A stretch of DNA of 64,000 bases from Prorocentrum cordatum (Eukaryota). Under the pieces are notes generated by a model, which made no database searches, was not told the origin of the DNA, and was given only the letters and a program-made list of their open reading frames with translations. The first letter of the stretch is position 1, and each line of letters starts with the position of its first letter. Positions 12,791-23,698 of this stretch are shown here, one piece after another. Location of the stretch: assembly GCA_963575745.1 (NCBI GenBank), contig CAUYUJ010000114.1, positions 1,054,001 through 1,118,000 of the forward strand, written 5' to 3'. Made by a program: the position numbers and the translations under genes.

Positions 12791-14779
12791 GTGCCTTGCT
12801 TTCGGGAACTGCAGTCTCGCGAGGAGATGACTGCCCACTAAGGTGGTGCCAGGCTGAGCTGGACTCAGAGACTCAGGACTCTCTCCCCGCGGCCTGTGGG
12901 CTGATCCTGTCCCCTGCTTCCCCTTTTCCCCCCCCCTGGCGGTGGCGCTCACCCTCCTCTTCCTCGCCCTCCTCATCCTACCCGTCCCCCTCCCCCCTTC
13001 TCGTCCTGCTCATCCTCCTCGTCTTCATTCTCCTCCACCTCCCACACTTCCTGGGGCAGGAGTCGCTGCCGGTGCCGCTGCGGATGTTGCCCATTTGAGA
13101 CAGACGTCGCCCGCCCAACGGCAGGCGCCCAAGACGTACATCCGACATCGTGATTTGTTTCGCCAAGTGGCCCCCCGGGGGTCGGGACCCCTTCTCGGGC
13201 AGAGTTGTTTCTACCAGGGCCGCTTTTTGACGGTCGTGGGGCCTGGTCAAGGCCGCCTGGGGACTCAAAATTGCCGGAGATGGTCCTTTGATTTTTTTTC
13301 CGACGCGTGGATGTCGTGGACTGCCGATCTTGGGCATCGTCCGCTGTTGCGCATCGTGCCCATTTCTTCCGTGCCCATTTCGTGGGCGTCGGGCTCGGCA
13401 TCGCCCCTCCCCCCCGGCCTGCCCGCGTGCTCTGCTCTCCAGCGCGAGTTCTGCCCCAGCGTGGACGGGCGGCATGGGGGGCGCGGCCTCTGCCCTAGTG
13501 GACTGGCTCGACGTTTGTCTGGTGGCGCCGGCAGCCTTCTGATGCGGCGGATGGCCTCATAGATGGCCGACCCCCTCCTGCCACCCCTCGCGTCCCAGAA
13601 CACGGCGTGTTGGGATCCTTCCATCCGGGCGAATTACCTGGGACGCACGACAACAAAATGCAAATTTGGTCTCGATGATGAGGTCTCGAAGCGCGCGGCC
13701 TTTCTCGCGAGGGCTCGAGAGGCACCCGGCTGGCATGCGCACAAGAGCCGCAAATCCATGGGGGCCGCCGCTGCGAGTGGACGCTGCTGGGACGGAAGAG
13801 TACCTGGAGATGCTGAGGGGCACCTCGTGGCGCCGCCGAGTTTCAGCCCCGGCGTGGCCTCCAGAGTCTTCATGAGTTTTTGGGCCGCCTCCGGGCCTGC
13901 CTCCTCCGGGCCCCGCGGAGGCGCTTCTGGAGGGCCCCCGCGGGGCCCGTTGAAGGGGCCCTGCGTACCATCCACAGGCGGCCGAGAATCAGGCAATGTT
14001 ACCAGCGTCGAACTTATCCCTATCCCTAAGATTGACACGCCAAAAGGCGATGACAATCTTAGGGATTCGCCCTCGAAAAATAAGGGAGTCCCTAAGATTG
14101 GCATCGTGATGAGGAGATGCCCAGCATAGGGATAAACATATGTTCCAGGCTGGTAGCAATGGCTGCTCCCGGGGGCAACGAATGGCTGCTCCCAGGGGCA
14201 GCCGATGCTCCCAGGGCGGCCAGGGGGGGGGGGATGACCACGGGACGTGGAAAGCATGGCGGGCGCCGTGAAATCTCTCCGGATCTCATGGCCCCATTCT
14301 CTTCTTTCGGCGCGCCCCCTGCCCCCCCCCCCTTCGCGACCGCACGCGCCTCGGGCCGCTGCTTGCGAGCCCCGCGCTGGAACGCTCCCCCTCCTTGGGC
14401 GCCCCCGACGAACTTGCGGATGGCCCGCGGGGCCCCTGGGCCGGGGAGCCGAACAGCCAGACGGCACGTCAGGGGCAGCGTCTCGGAAGGAGGGGGGGTC
14501 GGTGGACGGGGAGAAGCATCGGCCCCCACTCGCCCATGAATCGCCGATAGGGGCCTGATAGCCCACCCCGCCCTGGAACGTGCGGTTTCGCAAGCGGGAG
14601 CCAAACGCTGCCCCATCGGCGATGCATCGCCGATTCACGAGCTGGTTCCCGACGTCGTTGCCCCTCAGCCCCGCGAGCTCGATGCTGGCCCGATGTTTCC
14701 CGATCTGGCTCGATGTTGCCCGATTCTATATCTGTTCATGCGTCGGCGGCGAGCGAGGGGGGGAAGTGAGAAGATGCGG

Positions 14780-15020
14780 GCCTTCTCAGAAGGCTCGGAA
14801 GCCCCCCAGCCTTCTGAGAAGTCTGATCCTGCCCGGAAGACAGAGCATACCCTCTCAGAGGGCGCGAGGGGTTCTGAGAAGCCCCGCCGCCTCCTGAGAA
14901 GGCCTTCTCCCCCTCGCTCGCCGCCGAATGTTCCCGCCCTCCTGAGAAGGCCTTCTCCCCCTCGCTCCTGAGAAGGCCTTCTCCCCCTCCCTCCTGAGAA
15001 GGCCTTCTCCCCCTCGCTGG
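14780..15020. repeat. Minisatellite of ~26-bp units containing palindrome GAGAAGGCCTTCTC
   Basis: CTGAGAAGGCCTTCTCCCCCTC four times plus degenerate copies. Confidence 0.8.
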
Positions 15021-15064
15021 TTCCCGATCTAGCTCGATGTTCCCCCCCGCGAGCTGGTTCCCGG

Positions 15065-15243
15065 CCAGGAAGAATTTCGAGCGCCCCAAAAAAGTACCGA
15101 AACTCTAAACTTTTCACGTACCGCGCCCTGGGAGACACTCGCCCAACACTGTTTCGACACTGTCTCGACACTCCTTTGACACTTTTCTGGGTGCTCGAAA
15201 TTATGTCTGGGATGCGGTCCTTAAGCAGGACGGGAACAGCATA
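15065..15243 (+). mobile_element. Family A element copy (relative of the CPSII intron)
   Basis: Shares GCCCTGGGAGAC...TTTCGACAC...GGGTGCTCGAAATTATGTCTGGGATGCGGTC with 59409-59621. Confidence 0.8.
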
Positions 15244-15595
15244 AACCTGAACGGTGTTCTTGGTGATTCCGTGGGCCGTGTTCGTTTCGACTTCGTCTTG
15301 CGGCAGAGGCGTGTGCGAGACAGAAGCGAAGGCAGACGAAGACAATACGAACACCGTGCTCTCCCTCTCCCTCTCCCTCTCCCTCCTCCCTCCTCCCTCC
15401 TCCTCCTCCTCCTCCTCCTCCTCCTCCTCCTCCTCCTCCTCCTCCTCCTCCTCCTCCTCCTCCTCCTCCTCCTCCTCCTCCCCCCGCCGCGTGCCCCCGT
15501 CGGCCGAGGTCGCGCACGGCGGGTCCATCACGGCGAGCCGTCCTGCGGGAGGGAGGGCCCGGCCACGGGAGAGGAGGGAGAGAGATACACACACT

Positions 15596-15789
15596 TCGGG
15601 GGCGGAAAAGAGGGGGGTGATGAATAGGGGGGGGTGGATATCATGGCGCGGGCCATGATATCTCCCCAGATCTCATGGCGCCTCTTCTTGCATCATTACG
15701 TTCCTGGCCCCCCCGCTGGGTCGCGCACATGCCGCCGGTCATGATTTGCACCCCCCCCTCTTGGACACCCCCCTCTTGGCCGCTCCCGA
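15596..15789. mobile_element. Family B MITE nested in a family D element
   Basis: Same TIRs and body as 55955-56147. Flanked by AGAGATACACACACT and AGGGATACACGCACT. Confidence 0.85.
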
Positions 15790-16952
15790 AGGGATACACG
15801 CACTGTTCACTTCTCTACCTCTTCGGAGGGTCCTCGATGTTTTGGGGTGCCAGGGTCTTTTCGTTTCTAATTGTTCTGTCCTGGGCCTCTTCCTGGCCAC
15901 TGAGGGGCCAGGAACAACTAGAAAGAGCACGGCTAGAAATGAACGACGTGTATCCTGGCGGCGCGCACAAGGGGGTGGAGCGAGGGGCGTGGCCGTGTGA
16001 GAAGGCGGGGCGCCTCGTACACCGGCGGGGGCCGTCTTTAAAAGCCCTCCGGGCTTCTGATGAGCCGTCCCAGAAGCCTCTCTGGAGCCTTCCCAGAAGG
16101 CCCACAAGGCCCCCGCCTGCTAAGAAGCATCCCGCCTTCTAAGAAGCATCCCGCCTTCTTACAAGGCCACTCCCCCTGCACGCGCCGCCAAAGATCTCGA
16201 TCGACTGCGGTCAAGACGCTGAAATCAGGACCACTTTGGGCTCAGGAGTGTCTCTGGGTTTGGGGCCGCTCTGCAGATCTGGGTCGAGGCTTGCCTTGGC
16301 CAGGGAAGCTCTGTCGTTGCTTGTCCAGCTGCCTTCGGCAAGCCCCGCCACTGTACCAGCCCGCCACCATGGGTTGCGACTGTTCGGGGGACGCACAGGG
16401 AGGCCGTAACGTGTGACATTTCCTGTCCCGAAGCTTGCGAGAGCCGCAACATGTGACACACCCTTCCGCGTCGTGTCGGGGATTAGTTTCTCGTCTTCGT
16501 CGTCGTACTCGTTGCTTCCGTCCTTCCTTGGGCTCCTGTATGGCAGTCTCGGTGGTCCTTCGGGCCACTTCTAGGCCGTCATGGGGGCCCTCTTGGCCGT
16601 CTGGCGGGTCACTTCTGGCAGCCGTGGGGCCGTCCTTGGACCGTCGAGGGGTTCTCCGAAGCCGTTTTGGACCCCTCACCAGTATGGGGCTTTCTTGGAG
16701 CCGTCAAGAGGCCCTTTCAGGCTGCGCGGAATCAGTCTTGGAGGATTGTTTGATATGAGAGCTTTTCTAGGCGGTCTTAGGGCCGTACTGGAGGAGGCTA
16801 GGTCGTAGAAACACGGACATACTGCACATGCACACCTACATCAGCATATATGATCACACGCTTGTGAATGCATACGCACATACTTACATACATACATGAA
16901 TGCATACACACATACACACATACATACATACATGCATGCATACATACATACA

Positions 16953-18118
16953 TGAAAGAGCGTGTTCTACCGCTGCTGGCGGAAAACCGGGGGGGGTCAC
17001 TACCGGCTCGAACCCCTCCCCCCCCCCCCCAGCTCATCATGAAAAGGGGGGGGGGTCACTACCGGTTCGAACCCCTCCCCCCCCCCCCCAGCTCATCATG
17101 AAAAGGGGGGGGGGTCACTACCGGTTCGAACCCCCCCCCCCCCCTCGAAAACCGAGTGGGGGTGCGGACAGAGGTGGGGACGGTGTTGGTGGGACAGTGG
17201 TGAGGGGACAGCGGGACAGTGGTGGGGACAGTGGGACAGTGGGACAGTAGAGGGCCGGTAGTGGTGGGGACAGTGGTGAGGACAATGGTGGGAACAGGGG
17301 GGACAGTGGACAGTGGTGGGGACGGTGGTGGTGGGGACAGTGGTGTGGGCACAGTGGGAATGAGGTGGAAACAGTGGGACAGTGGAGGGTACAATGGTGG
17401 TGGGGACAGTGGTGAAGGCGGTGGCGAGGACGGCGGTGGGACAATGGGACAGAGGTACAGTGGGGACAGTGGTGGGGACAGTGGGGACAGTGGTGGGAAC
17501 AGTGGGACAGCTCAGTGGGACAGCGGCGGAGTCAGTGGGACAGTGGGGACAGTGGGGATAGTCGGGCAGTGGTTGGGGCCGTGGAGACAGTGGGGAGAGT
17601 GGAACCGTGGTGGGAACAGTGGTGGGGACAGTGGGGACAGTGCGACAGTGGTGGGGGCACTGGTGGGGACACAGTGGGGACAGTGGTGGTGAGGACAGTG
17701 GTGCTGGGAACAACAGTGGAGGATGTGATGCGGACGGTGGTAGGGACCGGGAGTCGTTTGCTGGCGGTGAGTGGGGGGGTAGGGAGGGGTTCGAACCGGT
17801 AGTGATCCCCCTCCGGTTTTCGAGGGGGGTGGGGGGGTTCGAACCGGTAGTGACCCCCCCCGGTTTTCCGGATCCGGAGGGGGGGGGGGGGGGAGGGGTT
17901 CGAACCGGTAGTGACCCCCCCCGGTTTTCGAGGGGGAGGGGGGGGGGGAGGGGTTAGGGGAGGGGGGGGTTTTGCCGGGGGAGGGGGGGGGGGGAGGAGG
18001 GTTCCAGCAGGCAGGAGGGGGGGGATTTTCGGGGGGGGGGGGAGGGGCGACCCCCGGGTTCCGGAGGAAAAGGTTGGCAATTTTCCAGAGTAAAGCGGCG
18101 GTGGATCGCGCTCTCTCA
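16953..18118. mobile_element. Foldback-like element with arrayed inverted subterminal repeats and central (GGGACAGTG)n minisatellite
   Basis: Degenerate 25-bp TIR (TGAAAGAGCGTGTTCTACCGCTGCT vs rc TGAGAGAGCGCGATCCACCGCCGCT). Three GGTCACTACCGG(T/C)TCGAACCC units on the left and three inverted units on the right. Sits inside a (TACA)n tract. Confidence 0.75.
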
Positions 18119-19445
18119 CATACATACATACATACATACATGCATGCATACATATGTATATATATATATATATACATATGTGTATATATATATATACATA
18201 CATACACACATCCACACCTACACACATACATACATACATACATACATACATACGTACGTACGTACGTACGTACGTACATACATACATACATACATACGTA
18301 CATACAACCATACATACACACATACATACGTGCATACATATATGTATATATGCATCATACTTCACACACGCACACATACATAAATACATACATACATGCA
18401 TGCATACATACACGCATACACGCACATACATGCATATCCGCATACATACGTGCGCACATACATAGACACACACCTACAACATACATACACACATACATGC
18501 ATACATGTACACACACCTTACACACCTGCATACCTACCTACCTACCTACGTACATATATACAGCCATGCATACATGCACACCCATACATACATACATACA
18601 CAGATACATACATCCATACACACATACATGCAGACATACATACATACAGACACATGCATTCATATGTGCATGCAATCATGCACGCATACATGCATCCACA
18701 ACATCCATACACCAGCACATCCACATATACATACATAAACACATACATACATACATACACCCATATATACACACACGCATCCATAAAGATATAAATGTGT
18801 ACATACATACCTCAATTCATCCATCAATCCATCCATCCATCAACTCATCCCTCCGTCCGTCCATGAGCACACAGTCCATACATAAAAGCATGCATGCACA
18901 CCATTCCATACATACATGCACATATACATGCATACATACATGCATGTATACATGCATGCATGCATGCATGCATACATACATACATACACATACATGCACA
19001 CATGCATGCATACGTACGTACATGCACACATACATGCAGCGACACATACATACACATGTACCCATACATTCATACATAGATGCATGCATTCATGCATGCA
19101 TACATGCATACATACATACACATATACATACATACGTACACGCATACACGCATGCATACACTTATCCATGAGTGCATGCATACATACATAAATACATACA
19201 TACATACATACATACATACATACATACATACATACATGCATGCATCAATACATACATATATGCATGCATGCATACAAGCACGCATGCGTGTATACATACA
19301 GGTGCATACATTCATAGGTGCATGCATGTATGCATGTACATACAGACATGCTTACCTCAATGCATGCATACATACATACAGACAGACAGACAGACCGACA
19401 GACACATCTATGTATATATACACCTTATATTATATATATACATAC
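18119..19445. repeat. 1.3-kb degenerate (TACA)/(TGCA) microsatellite
   Basis: Directly visible. Continues left of the foldback element at about 16815-16952. Confidence 0.95.
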
Positions 19446-20595
19446 AAGACTGCAGTGGCGCTTCGCGCCATGCACCTTGGTCCTTGAAGTTTGGTATGCA
19501 GGCGGAATGGCAGGAAGGTCAAACCGACAATTTAGCGATAACTCCTGTTTGCCTTTTCCGGCATCGCCGCTATAATGATGTTATTCGTTATCCTTCCTCC
19601 ATGCTTATTGTCTCTTATTTTCGCCATACCCTGCGCATTCTCCCCATCCTCCTCAGCTCTTTTTTGCAGAGGCTCCTCCTTGGAGAGCCTCTAGGGGCCT
19701 CACAAAAGTTGTTTCGGGCTTTCTTAATGCCTTCTGGAGGCCTCCTGGGCGTATTCTGAGGGCCTCCGGGGGCTTCCTCGGGCCACCCTGCCTCCAACCG
19801 CCGTCTCCCTGAACGACCGAATCACGATTTGGAATTCTTCGGAGGGTGTCTTTGGGCCATCTTGTGCCGCCATGGGGCTCTCTGAGCGCCATCTTGGACC
19901 CGTGTTGTGCCGTTTTGGGGTTCTCTTGGACTGCCTGGAAGCCCTTTCGGATGGTTGTGTGGCGATTTGGGAGCCTCCCAGGCGGCTTCGGACGCCCAGA
20001 AGACCGCCGTCTTGGAGCGTCGGGAAGCCGAAAAGAGGAGAACCCCAAAATTCACCAAAAACCAATGATTTTTGCCTCGGGGGGCCTTCTTGGGAGTGCT
20101 CTTGGAGGCCTCTTTGGGGCCGTCCTGGAGGCCTCTGAGGCCATCTTGAGGTCACGTCGGTCGCTCTTGGAGCGCTCTTGTGCTGTCTTGGGGGTCTTTG
20201 GGGCGTCTCCGATGACCGCCCTGATCGCCCTAAGTGTGCTGGGAAGGCTTGGCAAAACGCCTTGCGAGGCCCGGTGGCCGCTTCGAGGCCCGTTCGGAGG
20301 GCCCCAAAGCCCCAGGTCCCAGGAGTCCGGTTTTGGGGGGGGGGGGGGGGTGACGGGTTTTCCCCCCGCCCGGGTTTTCAAAAATATAGGAAGAGGAATA
20401 TATATATATATATATATATATATATCGGAATTGGCCAGGGGGGGGGCCGGACCCCTGCCCTGTGGTGGTATGGAGGTCCTGGGCGACCTGTGGGGGCCCC
20501 GAGGGCTCCAGGCGGCTCCAAAGGCCGCCAGGACCGGCTCAAGACTGCCCAAATTGCTCCGAGAGCGTCCCAAGACGCCCCAATATGGCGTCAAC

Positions 20596-20617
20596 ACCGT
20601 AGCCATTTTGGCTCAAG
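20596..20617 (+). other. Perfect dinoflagellate spliced leader embedded in genomic DNA
   Basis: ACCGTAGCCATTTTGGCTCAAG, 22/22 to DCCGTAGCCATTTTGGCTCAAG, immediately followed by ATG. Confidence 0.97.
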
Positions 20618-23600
20618 ATGTTTCGTTTCGATGGCTTGCTGCAACGACGAACATGCGGCTGTCCTCTGTTCCGGTTGGCATGCACTTCCGCCTTGGCCGC
20701 ATCGGTGATGGTCGCTCTTCTCAGGAGGCGAAATGCGCGAGCGCCCGCTGACTCCGACAGAGAGCTCGGAGGTTTCGCGGCCGCACGTGCTTGCGACAAC
20801 AAGCGTTGCCTTGGATCAGTCGGGTGGAGCACTGGATGTGTTACAATGACGGAGTGTTCGGGCTGCCCCCAGTGCAGCTACACGTGGCAAAGAATGCTGG
20901 CCGTTGCACCGGCAGCGGCGAGTGCTGAAGCATTGGCAGGGCGGCCACGGGCCGCGGCGGAGAGTACTACCATGCTGGCCTACACCGGGCACGCCATCGG
21001 TGGACCCGTTGCAAGCGCCAGATCGAATACTAGCTCCTGGTTCGCGCCTGCACGCCCATCTGCGGACGAAAAGCCTGGTGAGAACGGGGCCGTGCCTTCG
21101 GCGAGGGAGGCCACCACAACCACCGAGACCACGACGTCTTCGTCCAACACTCGGCAGCCGTACTCGCTGCTTCCTCCAGATCAGAGCTGTGCATCGTACC
21201 AGCTCGCTGACGTGCTTTCCGAGGATGAGTGTTTCGGAGATGCTGTGCAGCATAATCGAGTTGGCTTGGGCGACAAGCAGACTATCGGAAAGCCCACTTG
21301 GGATGGCATGAGTTTTTACGGCTGCGTGTATAACATTGAAGCGGACTTGGTCATGTTCAACGATCAGTCACCGAACCCGAGCTACACTTCAACACAACAA
21401 CAAAACATCTGCCTTGGCGTGGCAACCACAACCACCTCTTCAACCTTCACTATCACAAGTTCGAGCACTTTGTCGAGCAGTGAGACCAGAAGCAGCACCA
21501 GCCCGACCAGCAGCACCAGCGAAACCACCACGACCCGGACCAGCAGAACCCTGACCAGCATCAGCGAGATCAGCGTGACCAGCATCAGCGAGACCAGCAG
21601 CACCAGCGCGACCAGCATCAGCGAGACCAGCAGCACCGCAACCAGCAGGACCCTGACCAGCACCGCAACAAGCAGGACCCTGACCGGCACCAGCACGACC
21701 AGCATCAGCGAGACCAGCAGCACCGTAACCAGCACCGGAACGACCATCACTGGAACGACCAGCACAAGCGAGTCCAGCATCACCGCCACTACTGTTTCCA
21801 ACACGCATCAGCCCTATTCCTTGCTTCCTCCAGATCAGAGCTGTGCATCGTACCAGCTCGCTGACGTGCTTTCCGAGGATGAGTGTTTCGGAGATGCTGT
21901 GCAGCATAATCGAGTTGGCTTGGGCGACAAGCAGACTATCGGAAAGCCCACTTGGGATGGCATGAGTTTTTACGGCTGCGTGTATAACATTGAAGCGGAC
22001 TTGGTCATGTTCAACGATCAGTCACCGAACCCGAGCTACACTTCAACACAACAACAAAACATCTGCCTTGGCGTGGCAACCACAACCACCTCTTCAACCT
22101 TCACTATCACAAGTTCGAGCACTTTGTCGAGCAGTGAGACCAGAAGCAGCACCAGCCCGACCAGCAGCACCAGCGAAACCACCACGACCCGGACCAGCAG
22201 AACCCTGACCAGCATCAGCGAGATCAGCGTGACCAGCATCAGCGAGACCAGCAGCACCAGCGCGACCAGCATCAGCGAGACCAGCAGCACCGCAACCAGC
22301 AGGACCCTGACCGGCACCAGCGCGACCAGCATCAGCGAGACCAGCAGCACCGCAACCAGCAGGACTTTGACTGGCACCAGCACGACCAGCATCAGCGAGA
22401 CCAGCAGCACCGCAACCAGCAGGACCCTGACCGGCACCAGCGCGACCAGCATCAGCGAGACCAGCAGCACCAGCGCGACCAGCATCAGCGAGACCAGCAG
22501 CACCAGCGCGACCAGCATCAGCGAGACCAGCAGCACCAGCACGACCAGCATCAGCGACACCAGCAGCACCGCAACCAGCAGGACCTTGACTGGCACCAGC
22601 ACGACCAGCATCAGCGAGACCAGCAGCACCGCAACCAGCAGGACCCTGACCAGCACCAGCGCGACCAGCATCAGCGAGACCAGCAGCACCAGCGCGACCA
22701 GCATCAGCGAGACCAGCAGCACCAGCGCGACCAGCATCAGCGAGACCAGCAGCACCAGCGCGACCAGCATCAGCGACACCAGCAGCACCGCAACCAGCAG
22801 GACCCTGACTGGCACCAGCACGACCAGCATCAGCCACACCAGCAGCACCGCAACCAGCAGGACCTTGACTGGCACCAGCACGACCAGCATCAGCGAGACC
22901 AGCAGCACAGTAAACCATGATCTGACGTGGCTCGGCATGGACCAGAGTACATCTAGCGCGGGAGTGACGAGCATTGAAGTCATGATTCTGTTCGGTCTTG
23001 TCCTCGCGGGCGGCATCGCTATGTGGGTCTTTGCGGTCACAATCATCACGAGGTACCAGCGTCGAAAGCGCGCGGCAACAACCGCGCCCACGGACCTTCT
23101 TAGCCATTCGGGTCAGCCTGGAGCCCTGCGGATCAGTGCGCAAGCTTGCGACGCTGACCCTGGCACTGCGGGCGGGCCGGTCTCCCCGCCCCTGCCGCCG
23201 CGGGTCGGCACGGCGCCAGCGGGCACCCGTGGCCAGCCGTCTGCCAGCCTCGAGGGGGCCATCCGCGAGGCTTTCGGGTCCATGGGCGAGTTCAAGGCCC
23301 GCTTCGAGGCCCAGTGCGCCCGAGGTGGCTCCGCCTGGGCCTGGCTCGTGGTGACCGCTGACAGCAGGCTGGCTATCACGTCCACGCTGAGCCAGGAAAA
23401 CCCCTTCGTGGACGGCGCCGAGGAGGATATCCCTGGGGCCCCAATCCTGGCCTGCAGCGTCTGGGATCACGCCAGCGGCCTGGAGCAGTTCCAGTGCCAG
23501 CACCAAGCCTACATGCAAGCTTGGTGGAGAGTGGTGAATTGGGAGACCGTCAGTACATTGTACGACGAGGCCCTCAATAGCAAGGCCCCAACTACCGAGG

Positions 23601-23698
23601 GCAACCTTGTCGGTGATACAACTGTGGAATGTACTCATATGCCGCCGATTGGCAGTGCGCCCTTGCATCGGCCCGTGGCGATACCTGATATTTGGTGA
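20618..23698 (+). CDS. 1026-aa membrane protein: two Cys-containing modules, Ser/Thr mucin-like stalk, TM helix, degenerate Fe/Mn-SOD C-terminal domain
   Basis: Intronless ORF starting directly after a perfect SL. About 90-aa module QPYSLLPPDQSC...NICLGVA twice (654-nt offset). TSISETSS repeats. TM IEVMILFGLVLAGGIAMWVFAVTIIT followed by RYQRRKR. Tail AIREAFGSMGEFKARF...GSAWAWLVV...NP...PILACSVWDHA...WWRVVNWETV matches the Sod_Fe_C pattern. Exact start and stop uncertain. Confidence 0.8.
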   Translation: MFRFDGLLQRRTCGCPLFRLACTSALAASVMVALLRRRNARAPADSDRELGGFAAARACDNKRCLGSVGWSTGCVTMTECSGCPQCSYTWQRMLAVAPAAASAEALAGRPRAAAESTTMLAYTGHAIGGPVASARSNTSSWFAPARPSADEKPGENGAVPSAREATTTTETTTSSSNTRQPYSLLPPDQSCASYQLADVLSEDECFGDAVQHNRVGLGDKQTIGKPTWDGMSFYGCVYNIEADLVMFNDQSPNPSYTSTQQQNICLGVATTTTSSTFTITSSSTLSSSETRSSTSPTSSTSETTTTRTSRTLTSISEISVTSISETSSTSATSISETSSTATSRTLTSTATSRTLTGTSTTSISETSSTVTSTGTTITGTTSTSESSITATTVSNTHQPYSLLPPDQSCASYQLADVLSEDECFGDAVQHNRVGLGDKQTIGKPTWDGMSFYGCVYNIEADLVMFNDQSPNPSYTSTQQQNICLGVATTTTSSTFTITSSSTLSSSETRSSTSPTSSTSETTTTRTSRTLTSISEISVTSISETSSTSATSISETSSTATSRTLTGTSATSISETSSTATSRTLTGTSTTSISETSSTATSRTLTGTSATSISETSSTSATSISETSSTSATSISETSSTSTTSISDTSSTATSRTLTGTSTTSISETSSTATSRTLTSTSATSISETSSTSATSISETSSTSATSISETSSTSATSISDTSSTATSRTLTGTSTTSISHTSSTATSRTLTGTSTTSISETSSTVNHDLTWLGMDQSTSSAGVTSIEVMILFGLVLAGGIAMWVFAVTIITRYQRRKRAATTAPTDLLSHSGQPGALRISAQACDADPGTAGGPVSPPLPPRVGTAPAGTRGQPSASLEGAIREAFGSMGEFKARFEAQCARGGSAWAWLVVTADSRLAITSTLSQENPFVDGAEEDIPGAPILACSVWDHASGLEQFQCQHQAYMQAWWRVVNWETVSTLYDEALNSKAPTTEGNLVGDTTVECTHMPPIGSAPLHRPVAIPDIW

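Noticed and set aside
16990..17150. GGTTCGAACCC as tRNA T-loop, or the units as a CRISPR array
   Set aside because: No cloverleaf or A-box, spacers are near-identical rather than unique, eukaryotic context and no cas genes.
20596..20660. SL RNA gene
   Set aside because: The SL is followed by ATG and an ORF, not by the GT donor and short intron of an SL RNA gene.
22036..23668. Antisense ORFs of 351 and 524 aa
   Set aside because: Shadows of the repetitive plus-strand CDS.
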